From positions 145,459-209,458 of the forward strand of contig OY762943.1 in the NCBI GenBank assembly GCA_963667145.1: 64,000 bases of DNA. Reading direction: 5' to 3'. Source of the DNA: Candidatus Cloacimonadota bacterium. GTDB lineage: Bacteria; Cloacimonadota; Cloacimonadia; G963667145. The notes beneath the pieces were generated by a model. It did no database searches, was not told the origin of the DNA, and saw only the letters and a program-made list of their open reading frames with translations. This document shows, piece after piece, positions 56,553 to 64,000 of this stretch. The position numbers were made by a program, and so were the translations under genes. Numbering within the stretch: position 1 is the first letter of the stretch; every line of letters starts with the position of its first letter.

Positions 56553-56641
56553 ATTGTATAATTGTAATAATTACAAATTTAACTTGACAACAATTCTGAA
56601 CGAGATTTGTTAGTTTTATAATTGAAATTAAGGAGATAAAA

Positions 56642-57187
56642 ATGAAGAAGTTTATTTGTAGTGTATGTGGTTATGTTCACGAAGGAGACCAAGCTCCAGA
56701 AAAATGTCCTCAATGTGGCGTTGACAAGAGCAAATTTGATGAGAAAAGTTCTGGTGAAATGGTTTGGGCTGCCGAGCATGTGGTGGGAATTGCCAAAGGT
56801 TTGGACGAAGAAGTTGTTTGTGGGTTGAAAGATAACTTTATGGGCGAATGCACGGAAGTGGGAATGTACCTCGCCATGAGTAGAGTTGCTGATAGAGAGG
56901 GCTTGCCGGAAGTTGCTGAAGCTTACAAAAGAATAGCTTTTGAGGAAGCTGAGCATGCCGCAAAATTTGCTGAGCTTTTGGGTGAAGTGGTTACCGATTC
57001 CACCAAGAAAAATTTGGAAATGAGAGTTGATGCCGAATGTGGAGCTACTGCTGGAAAGGTTGCTTTGGCGAAAAGAGCAAAAGAGCTCGGATACGATGCT
57101 ATCTATGACACTGTGCACGAAATGGCAAGGGACGAAGCTCGTCACGGCAAGGCTTTCAAAGGTTTGTTGGACAGACATTTTGCTTAA
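56642..57187 (+). CDS. Reverse rubrerythrin (N-terminal rubredoxin-like CxxC...CxxC domain + diiron ferritin-like domain)
   Basis: [21 protein letters not shown] at the N-terminus. ExxH diiron motifs EEAEHAAKF / DEARHGKAF. Confidence 0.85.
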   Translation: MKKFICSVCGYVHEGDQAPEKCPQCGVDKSKFDEKSSGEMVWAAEHVVGIAKGLDEEVVCGLKDNFMGECTEVGMYLAMSRVADREGLPEVAEAYKRIAFEEAEHAAKFAELLGEVVTDSTKKNLEMRVDAECGATAGKVALAKRAKELGYDAIYDTVHEMARDEARHGKAFKGLLDRHFA

Positions 57188-57221
57188 ATGAGGTTGTTCT
57201 TCGCAAGATAAAGGAGGACAG

Positions 57222-57644
57222 ATGGACAAATACACAGAGCTTTTGAAAAATAAAAATATTTCACCCTCAATTCAGAGGGTGAAAGTCTTGCAATATTTGG
57301 ATAACAATAGGGTTCATCCGACTGTGGAGCAGATTTATTCGGGAATCAAGGGTCAGTTGCCTACTTTGTCCAAAACTACTGTTTATAATGTGTTGCAGTT
57401 GTTGGAAGAGAAGAAGATTATCAAGTCTATCAGTGGTTCGGATGGCAGAGAGCATTACGATTTTTGCAGGTTGCCTCACGGGCATTTCAAATGTACTGAA
57501 TGCGGGGATGTGTATGATGTGGAAGAAAATTTTGTTTACCAAGGCTCACAGATGATAGATGGGCATAAGATTAACGATTACAATTTGTTGTTCAAGGGGA
57601 TTTGCAGGAATTGCTTGAAGAAAGGGGGAGAAAATGATAAGTAA
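57222..57644 (+). CDS. Fur-family transcriptional regulator (PerR-like by context)
   Basis: 140 aa. Winged-helix N-terminus, HxH and CxxC...CxxC metal sites (HGHFKCTECG...CRNC). Confidence 0.8.
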   Translation: MDKYTELLKNKNISPSIQRVKVLQYLDNNRVHPTVEQIYSGIKGQLPTLSKTTVYNVLQLLEEKKIIKSISGSDGREHYDFCRLPHGHFKCTECGDVYDVEENFVYQGSQMIDGHKINDYNLLFKGICRNCLKKGGENDK

Positions 57645-58140
57645 AGAGTTAGAAAAAACGATAAATTTTCAGATAAATAGGGAGTTATTTTCGGAATATT
57701 TGTACCTTGGGATGTCGGCTTATTTTTCCGAAAAGGCTTTGGATGGATTTGCTAATTTCTTTAAGGTGCAGGCACAGGAAGAGCATTTTCATATGGAGAA
57801 ATTGTTCAATTATTTGCTGGAAAGAGGTGGCAAAGTTGGACTAGAGACGATAGAAGCTCCAGAGCAGAATTTCAGCTCTGCTGTGGACGTTTTTGAAAAA
57901 GCTTTGGCTCATGAAGTAGTTGTTACCAAGTTGATTAACAATTTGATGTCGATCGCTTTGAAAAATAGCGACCATGCAGCTGTGAGTTTTTTGAATTGGT
58001 TTGTTGATGAGCAGGTGGAAGAAGAAGCGTCGATGGAATCCATTTTGCAGAAGTTGAAGTTGGCTGATGGAAATGGCTATGCACTGTTGATGCTGGACAA
58101 GGAGTATAGCACTCGGAGTTTTACTCCCCCTGTGGAATAA
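57634..58140 (+). CDS. Non-heme ferritin
   Basis: 168 aa. Ferroxidase-site residues in QINRELFSEYLYLGM...QEEHFHMEKL...AHEVVV. Confidence 0.85.
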   Translation: MISKELEKTINFQINRELFSEYLYLGMSAYFSEKALDGFANFFKVQAQEEHFHMEKLFNYLLERGGKVGLETIEAPEQNFSSAVDVFEKALAHEVVVTKLINNLMSIALKNSDHAAVSFLNWFVDEQVEEEASMESILQKLKLADGNGYALLMLDKEYSTRSFTPPVE

Positions 58141-58145
58141 AGATT

Positions 58146-58955
58146 ATGCCAGAGTTGCCAGAAGTTCAGACCATAGTAAATCAGCTTGGGGAGAAAATCG
58201 TTGGTCGAGAAATCGAAGATGTTAATATTGCTTGTGCTTCTTCAGTTTCCAATCCTCACAAATTTGATTTACGCACACTAAGGGAAATCGAAAGTATTGA
58301 GCGAGTTGGGAAGTTTATTGTTATTCACCTGAGTAGCTCAATAAAAATTGTTGTTCACCTGAGGATGACGGGTAAGTTGGTTTTTGAAGAGCGGAATATT
58401 TTTTATGATAAAACTCATCTGAGGGCGGAAATTTTCTTCAGAGATGGTAGCAAGCTGTTGTTTATTAGCGTTCGGGGTTTTGCCAAGATGGAAATTTATG
58501 CTGAAGATGACGTGGTGCGAGGGATTGACAATTTGGGAATTGACCCTTTTGATAAAAGTCTTGACAAATTTTATATGGCAAGGCTAATGATGGGCAAAGG
58601 TATGTCGATTAAGGCGTTTTTGATGAATCAGAAATATCTTGCGGGGATAGGGAATATTTATGCTTGTGAGATTCTTTATAGGGTTGGTTTGCATCCAGAG
58701 ACTAAAGCAGGGTGTGTGCCTATTGAGTTGATTGATAGGTTGTTGACTGTTATGCGAGAGGTGCTGAGCAAAGCAATTGAGTGTTGTGGCACTACAATTA
58801 ACGATTATCGCAGTGTGGATGATAAATCGGGAAGATTTCAAGCATTTTTGCAGGTGTATCAGAAAGGGCATTGTCCTTGTGGGCATACTGTAGAAAAGAT
58901 TAGTATTGGCGGAAGAGGCACTTTTTTTTGTCCTGTATGCCAAAAGAAATTTTAG
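58146..58955 (+). CDS. mutM: Formamidopyrimidine-DNA glycosylase
   Basis: MPELPEV N-terminal catalytic Pro. H2TH region. C-terminal zinc finger CPCGH...CPVCQ. Confidence 0.9.
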   Translation: MPELPEVQTIVNQLGEKIVGREIEDVNIACASSVSNPHKFDLRTLREIESIERVGKFIVIHLSSSIKIVVHLRMTGKLVFEERNIFYDKTHLRAEIFFRDGSKLLFISVRGFAKMEIYAEDDVVRGIDNLGIDPFDKSLDKFYMARLMMGKGMSIKAFLMNQKYLAGIGNIYACEILYRVGLHPETKAGCVPIELIDRLLTVMREVLSKAIECCGTTINDYRSVDDKSGRFQAFLQVYQKGHCPCGHTVEKISIGGRGTFFCPVCQKKF

Positions 58956-58982
58956 AAAATTTGCTTACTTAGGGAGGTTAGT

Positions 58983-60155
58983 TTGAAAGCTAAAGAGATA
59001 AAAAAAGGCGTTTATTGGGTTGGTGGCATCGATTGGGATTTACGGAATTTCCACGGATATTTGACTCAGCGTGGCTCCACATATAATGCGTATCTTATAG
59101 TAGATGAGAAGATTACGCTGATAGACAGTGCTAAATATTATTTGGCTTCGGAGCTTTTGGAGAGGATTTCCAGTGTGGTTGATGTTGCGGATATTGATTA
59201 TGTTGTGCAAAATCACGTTGAGATGGATCATTCGGGTGCTTTGCCACAGGTTTTGGCTCTTGCTCCAAAAGCTAAAGTTGTTACCAATCAGAAAGGGAAA
59301 GATGGCTTGGAAGCACATTTTGGTGGTAACTGGGATTATTTGTTGGTGAAGACGGGCGACGAGCTGTCTCTCGGGAAGCGTACATTAAAATTTGTGCAAA
59401 CACCGATGGTGCATTGGCCGGACAACATGGTGACGTATTGTCCCGAAGAAAAAATTTTGTTTTCCAACGACGCTTTCGGACAGCATATTTCCAGTTCGGA
59501 AAGGGTGGACAACGAGTATCCGCTGTCGGTGATTTTGGAAGAAGCAAAAAAATATTATGCGAACATTGTTTTGCCGTATGGAATGCAGGTGCAAAAGGCG
59601 TTGCAGATAGTTGGCGATTTGGAGATAGATTTTATTTGTCCCAGTCATGGGATCATTTGGCACGAACATATAGCGGAGATTATTTCTTTGTACACGGAGT
59701 GGTCTGCTAACCAGACCAAAGAGAAAGCGTTGGTGATTTACGATACGATGTGGGGCTCTACCAAGGCTATGGCTGAAGTGCTGATGGACGCTTTTGAGGA
59801 AAAGAAGATTACCGCTGAGTTGATTAACCTGCAACACACACATATTTCAGATGTTATGACTAAGTTGGTGGATAGCAAATACATCTGTATTGGCTCTCCG
59901 ACGCTCAACAACAATATTTTGCCCACGGTTGCTTCGTTCTTATGTTACCTTAGTGGACTTGCTCCCAAGAAGAGAATTGGGCTTGCATTTGGGAGTTACG
60001 GTTGGGGAGGTCAGAGCGTTGGCATTGTGAATAAGAGTTTGGAAGATGCAGGATTTGAAATGATGAATCCTTATAAATTACAGTACGTTCCCAAAAAAGA
60101 ATCTCTGGAGAAAATGAGGGACGATTTTTTGGAAGAGCTGAAAGAAAAACAATAG
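58983..60155 (+). CDS. Flavodiiron protein (FprA/ROO-type O2/NO reductase)
   Basis: Metallo-beta-lactamase-like diiron motif HVEMDHSG, then a flavodoxin domain. TTG start after RBS agggagg. Confidence 0.85.
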   Translation: MKAKEIKKGVYWVGGIDWDLRNFHGYLTQRGSTYNAYLIVDEKITLIDSAKYYLASELLERISSVVDVADIDYVVQNHVEMDHSGALPQVLALAPKAKVVTNQKGKDGLEAHFGGNWDYLLVKTGDELSLGKRTLKFVQTPMVHWPDNMVTYCPEEKILFSNDAFGQHISSSERVDNEYPLSVILEEAKKYYANIVLPYGMQVQKALQIVGDLEIDFICPSHGIIWHEHIAEIISLYTEWSANQTKEKALVIYDTMWGSTKAMAEVLMDAFEEKKITAELINLQHTHISDVMTKLVDSKYICIGSPTLNNNILPTVASFLCYLSGLAPKKRIGLAFGSYGWGGQSVGIVNKSLEDAGFEMMNPYKLQYVPKKESLEKMRDDFLEELKEKQ

Positions 60156-60164
60156 GAGGGAAAG

Positions 60165-60515
60165 ATGTCATTAGGGTGTTATATGAAAAAATCGGAGTCA
60201 GAAGGAACAGAAAAGCATACGCCATTTATAGAGGTAAAGCCTTGTAGTACGTGTGGTGAGTTAGCTGTGACGGTGAAAGTGGGAGAAGAGATTTTTCACC
60301 CGAGTATGCCAGAGCATTTTATTGAGCATATTGCTCTGCACGCTTTGACGAAAGACGACAAATTGGTTTTCGTCACGAGGTTTGAGTTGGGCAGAGAAAA
60401 CACCATTCCTTATGTGAAGACGCATATCAAAAAGGGGATATTCAAGACTATTTTTGCGGTGTCGCTTTGCAATTTGCACGGACTGTGGGAGAGTAGCATA
60501 GATTTGGAAGATTAG
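60165..60515 (+). CDS. Superoxide reductase (1Fe-SOR, neelaredoxin-type)
   Basis: EKHTP, HPSMPEHFIEHI and CNLHGLW match the SOR centre II ligand motifs (E-K-H-x-P, H...H, C-N-x-H). Confidence 0.75.
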   Translation: MSLGCYMKKSESEGTEKHTPFIEVKPCSTCGELAVTVKVGEEIFHPSMPEHFIEHIALHALTKDDKLVFVTRFELGRENTIPYVKTHIKKGIFKTIFAVSLCNLHGLWESSIDLED

Positions 60516-60532
60516 GATTGATGGAGGAATAG

Positions 60533-61066
60533 ATGAGTTTGAAAGGCACAAAAACCGAGAAAAATTTGTTGGATGCTTTTGCTGGAGAGTCCCAAGCACG
60601 CAATAAATACACATACTTTGCCAAGGTGGCTAAAAAAGAAGGCTACGAACAAATTTCCAGAATTTTTGAGGAGACTGCTGAAAACGAGAAAGAGCATGCG
60701 AAGTTGGAGTTTAAGGCTTTGGGGCTTTTGGGCGATACGATGGCTAACCTGAAAGAAGCTGCCGAGGGCGAGAATTACGAATGGACGCAGATGTATCCGC
60801 GTATGGCAAAAGAGGCTAGAGAAGAGGGATTTGAGGATATAGCGGTGATGTTCGAGAAGATTGGCGAGGTGGAAGCTAAGCATGAGATGAGGTATAAGAA
60901 GCTATTGAAAAACATCGAAGATGGAGTTGTTTTCAAAAAATCTGCTCCGACTAAATGGAAATGTTTGAATTGCGGTTACATTCACGAAGGTAGCGGAGCT
61001 CCCGAGATGTGTCCTGCTTGTAAGCATCCAAAAGCTTATTTTGAGCTTTGGTGTGAAAATTATTAG
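60533..61066 (+). CDS. rbr: Rubrerythrin (N-terminal diiron domain + C-terminal rubredoxin-like domain)
   Basis: [26 protein letters not shown], ExxH pairs. C-terminal CLNCGY...CPACKHP. Confidence 0.9.
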   Translation: MSLKGTKTEKNLLDAFAGESQARNKYTYFAKVAKKEGYEQISRIFEETAENEKEHAKLEFKALGLLGDTMANLKEAAEGENYEWTQMYPRMAKEAREEGFEDIAVMFEKIGEVEAKHEMRYKKLLKNIEDGVVFKKSAPTKWKCLNCGYIHEGSGAPEMCPACKHPKAYFELWCENY

Positions 61067-61089
61067 AATATCTATCCAAAGGAGGGAAA

Positions 61090-61227
61090 ATGGATAAGTA
61101 TGAATGCAATGTATGTGGTTATATATATGACCCAGCAGAAAATAGTGACGTTCCATTCGCAAATTTGCCTGACGATTGGGAATGTCCAGTTTGCGGAGTA
61201 GGGAAAGACGAATTCTCTAAAATGTGA
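61090..61227 (+). CDS. Rubredoxin (45 aa; below the ORF-track size cutoff)
   Basis: [45 protein letters not shown] has two CxxCG knuckles. RBS ggaggg 5 nt upstream. Confidence 0.8.
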   Translation: MDKYECNVCGYIYDPAENSDVPFANLPDDWECPVCGVGKDEFSKM

Positions 61228-61237
61228 TGATTGTATT

Positions 61238-61270
61238 GGGGTCATCCAGAGAGGGTGACCTTTTTTTTTT
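61238..61270 (+). terminator. Rho-independent terminator GGTCATC-cagagag-GGTGACC-T10
   Basis: 7-bp stem (one mismatch) and a run of 10 T. Confidence 0.8.
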
Positions 61271-61287
61271 ATTGAGGAGTAAAGATA

Positions 61288-61794
61288 ATGGATAGTAACG
61301 TTTTATATAGCATGAGTTATGGGATGTATGTGGTTGGTGCCAAGGCAGATGACAAGGTTAATGCTCAGATAGCCAACACTTCGTTTCAAATTAGCTCGAA
61401 TCCCAAGATGGTTGCCGTTTCGATTAACAAAGAGAATTATACGCACGAACTCATTAGCAAAAGTGGGAAATTTTCGATTTCTATCGTTTCCACGATGTGG
61501 GAAATGGTGGACATAGGCAATTTTGGATTTCGTGGTGGTCGCGAGTACGATAAATTCGCCAAATACAAATATGAGCTTTCTTCCACGGATGTGCCTTTGA
61601 TTTCGTATAAGACTGTGGGCGGACTATCGCTCAAGGTTGTTGATAAGATTGATGTTCACACGCACACGGTATTTTTTGGGGAAGTGGAAGACGCCAAAAG
61701 TTTTGATGCGAGTTTAATTCCTATGACTTATGCATATTATCACGGTGAACTGAAAGGGAAAGAACCGAAGAATGCTCCGTTGCACAGAGGGTGA
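61288..61794 (+). CDS. Flavin-reductase-like FMN-binding domain protein (flavoredoxin-type; likely electron donor for the rubredoxin/SOR/FDP chain)
   Basis: 168 aa. Split-barrel flavin reductase-like pattern (YGMYVVGA...MVAVSINKENYTHELI). Confidence 0.55.
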   Translation: MDSNVLYSMSYGMYVVGAKADDKVNAQIANTSFQISSNPKMVAVSINKENYTHELISKSGKFSISIVSTMWEMVDIGNFGFRGGREYDKFAKYKYELSSTDVPLISYKTVGGLSLKVVDKIDVHTHTVFFGEVEDAKSFDASLIPMTYAYYHGELKGKEPKNAPLHRG

Positions 61795-61865
61795 ATTTTA
61801 TAGAAGAAGAAAAGTAAAAAAAACATCTTGGCAGAAATTTATTGGATTTTTGAGTAACTCTTGAT

Positions 61866-62393
61866 ATGGGTGATTTAAAATTCGAGATGATTGGTGGTTT
61901 GGCAGAGAAGCCTGATTTTGTGGCGATAGATTTCGAAACGGCTGTTTCTTATAGGGTGTGTGCTGTTGCTGTGGTGAGCGTGAAGAACGGGGAGATAGTT
62001 GATGAGTTTTACACGTTGGTGCGTCCGCGAGGCAATTATTACAATTACCACAACACTCGGGTACACGGGATAACCGCTGCCGACACGGAAGATGCTCCCA
62101 ACTTTAGGGAGATTTATCCTCTTTTGCGTAAATTGTTGCATTCCAATGTTGTTGTAGCTCACAACGAGAGTTTCGACAGACGAGTTTTGCAGGAGAATAT
62201 GCGAGAAATTGGGCTTAGTTACGGAGATTTGTGTTTGCCAGATTGTTGGGAATGTACACTCAAAATCTATAGGCAAAAGGGCTTTAAGCCAGCAAATTTG
62301 AAAGCGTGTGCCGACAGAATGGGGATTGAATTGAACCACCACGAAGCTCTTAGTGACGCTCGAGCTTGTGCCAGATTATATTTGATGAAGTAA
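61866..62393 (+). CDS. DEDDh 3'-5' exonuclease (DnaQ/epsilon-like domain protein)
   Basis: Exo I VAIDFETA, Exo II VVAHNESFDRRVL, Exo III HEALSDARACARLY. Confidence 0.7.
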   Translation: MGDLKFEMIGGLAEKPDFVAIDFETAVSYRVCAVAVVSVKNGEIVDEFYTLVRPRGNYYNYHNTRVHGITAADTEDAPNFREIYPLLRKLLHSNVVVAHNESFDRRVLQENMREIGLSYGDLCLPDCWECTLKIYRQKGFKPANLKACADRMGIELNHHEALSDARACARLYLMK

Positions 62394-62411
62394 AAACCAA
62401 GGAGATACGAA

Positions 62412-63581
62412 GTGCAAGAGTTTATAGAAAAAGGTCAAAAATTTTTGATGAACACTTATGGTAGACTGCCGATTGTTTTGGATAAAGGAAAAGGGAATAC
62501 TGTTCAAGATGTGCAGGGGAAAGAGTATTTGGATTTTTTGGGAGGAATAGCCGTTAATGCTCTTGGGCATTGCAATGAGCTGATGGTGAGCGAAATCGCC
62601 CGACAATCCAAAAAAATTATCCATTGTTCCAACTATTATTGGACTAAGGAGCAAATCGATTTGGCAGAATTGCTGGTGGAAAATAGTTGCGGAGACAAAG
62701 CGTTTTTTGCTAATTCTGGTGCTGAGGCTAACGAAGGTGCTATCAAATTAGCTCGGATTTGGGCACAAAAAAACTTCAACAAAGAAAAAAATAAGATTTT
62801 GACTTTAAACGGGTCTTTTCACGGAAGAACTTTGGCGACACTCACGGCTACAGGTCAGGAGAGCTTTCATCAATATTTTTCACCGCTTTTGCAGGGGATA
62901 GACTATGTTGATGCTGACTTGCAGGAGATAGCCAAAAAAGTAGATGAGACTGTCTGCGGAATTTTGGTAGAGCCTGTGCAAGGTGAAGGCGGAATAAATA
63001 TTCTGCCAAAAGAGTTTATGCAAGGTTTGGAAAAGCTTTGCAAAGAGAGAAATGTTTTGCTTATTTGTGATGAGGTGCAGACTGGCATAGGCAGAACGGG
63101 CAAGTTTTTTGCTTATGAGCATAGTGGCATCAGTCCTGACATTATCACTTGTGCCAAGGCTTTGGGCGGTGGATTGCCTATAGGTGCTTTTTTGGCGAAG
63201 GACAATGTAGCTTCGGCTTTTGTTCCCGGAGACCACGGTTCCACATTCGGAGGAAATCCATTTGTTTGCGGTGTGGCACAGGCTATCGTTAAGACGATTT
63301 GCCAGAAAGATTTTCTGCAAAATGTTCAGGAAATGGGCGACTATTTCCAAAAGAAAATAGCTGAAATGAATAACGACAAAGTGAAGGAAATAAGAGGTTT
63401 GGGATTGATGATTGGTGTGGAATTGAATGAGCCGAATGCCAAGGAAATCATGAAGAAGGCAGCTACACAAGGAATGTTATTTTGCACCTGCGGAAATAAG
63501 ACTTTGAGATTTTTGCCTGCATTGAACGTTTCCAAAGAGGAAGTGGATAAAGCTGTAGGAATTTTGGGGAAAATCTTATAG
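62412..63581 (+). CDS. argD: Acetylornithine aminotransferase (class III PLP aminotransferase)
   Basis: 389 aa. GTD Lys motif CDEVQTGIGRTGKFFA..., TCAKALGGG. GTG start after RBS aaggagat. Confidence 0.85.
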   Translation: MQEFIEKGQKFLMNTYGRLPIVLDKGKGNTVQDVQGKEYLDFLGGIAVNALGHCNELMVSEIARQSKKIIHCSNYYWTKEQIDLAELLVENSCGDKAFFANSGAEANEGAIKLARIWAQKNFNKEKNKILTLNGSFHGRTLATLTATGQESFHQYFSPLLQGIDYVDADLQEIAKKVDETVCGILVEPVQGEGGINILPKEFMQGLEKLCKERNVLLICDEVQTGIGRTGKFFAYEHSGISPDIITCAKALGGGLPIGAFLAKDNVASAFVPGDHGSTFGGNPFVCGVAQAIVKTICQKDFLQNVQEMGDYFQKKIAEMNNDKVKEIRGLGLMIGVELNEPNAKEIMKKAATQGMLFCTCGNKTLRFLPALNVSKEEVDKAVGILGKIL

Positions 63582-63609
63582 ACTGTGTAAATTTTGAGGA
63601 GTGAATTGT

Positions 63610-64000
63610 ATGAACTTGAAAGGTAGAGATTTTATTGCTCTGGAGGACTGGAGCAAAGAAGAGATAGAATATTTGTTGAATTTTGCTGCTGAGATTAAAG
63701 CTGATTTTAAAGCAGGGAAAGATTTTAAACCACTTGAGGGGAAATCGCTCGGACTGATTTTCCAAAAAAATTCCACGAGAACGAGGGTTTCTTTTGAGAT
63801 AGGTATGTACCAACTTGGTGGACATCCGATGTTTTTGTCTGTTGCCGACACTCAGTTGGGCAGAGGTGAGCCAATTAAAGACACAGCCAGAGTTTTGTCG
63901 GGTTACATCGATGGAATAATGATACGGACTTTTAATCATAGTGATGTTGTGGAATTGGCTGAGTATGCGAGCATTCCTGTCATCAATGGGCTTACCGATT
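63610..64000 (+). CDS. argF: Ornithine carbamoyltransferase, N-terminal part (continues beyond window)
   Basis: [23 protein letters not shown]...[13 protein letters not shown] carries the STRTR carbamoyl-phosphate-binding motif. Not in the ORF track because truncated by the window end. Confidence 0.85.
   Translation, partial: MNLKGRDFIALEDWSKEEIEYLLNFAAEIKADFKAGKDFKPLEGKSLGLIFQKNSTRTRVSFEIGMYQLGGHPMFLSVADTQLGRGEPIKDTARVLSGYIDGIMIRTFNHSDVVELAEYASIPVINGLTD

Noticed and set aside
1-64000. CRISPR arrays, rRNA genes, transposase/integrase genes
   Set aside because: No short direct-repeat or spacer arrays, no rRNA-like conserved stretches, and no ORF with transposase or integrase motifs. The only repeat family seen is the four-copy GC-rich hairpin in the R-M locus.

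Overview
This 64-kb window comes from a moderately AT-rich, strictly anaerobic bacterium. Evidence for that: pyruvate:ferredoxin oxidoreductase, rubrerythrins, superoxide reductase, a flavodiiron protein, and DUF39-type homocysteine synthesis. About 60 protein genes are present and every credible one lies on the + strand. No rRNA, tRNA or CRISPR was recognised. TTG/GTG starts and GGAGG-type ribosome-binding sites are common.

Gene content in order:
- ligA 3' end.
- An AT-rich, likely horizontally acquired defense islet: a nuclease+N6A-methyltransferase fusion, a HsdS-like specificity subunit and a HEPN-like protein, with no HsdR. It is decorated by four GC-rich palindromic hairpin repeats that bracket an in-frame DUF559 endonuclease-like module.
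- A SulP anion permease.
- A Met-codon-rich leader ORF plus terminator, followed by a DUF39–COG2122–metF homocysteine/methionine cluster.
- A Liv-type branched-chain amino acid ABC transporter.
- PFOR (nifJ).
- A CIRCE-preceded grpE–isf–Fe-ADH–dnaK–dnaJ block.
- A lipoprotein, an rRNA pseudouridine synthase, and a 0.8-kb non-coding gap with twin A/T-tract hairpins.
- gpmI, gatA, a NifU-like gene, glmS.
- Four tandem Aas/AasS-like adenylate-forming paralogs.
- Nudix, MscS, cinA.
- A purine/ureide-type catabolic island: two paralogous xanthine-dehydrogenase-family Mo-hydroxylase operons, an acyl-CoA carboxyltransferase, an NCS2 nucleobase permease, FdrA/AllFGH-like genes, a cyclase-family hydrolase and a GNAT-like protein.
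- An oxidative-stress island: reverse rubrerythrin, Fur/PerR, ferritin, fpg, flavodiiron protein, superoxide reductase, rubrerythrin, an unannotated 45-aa rubredoxin, and a flavin reductase.
- A DnaQ-like exonuclease, then argD and the start of argF.
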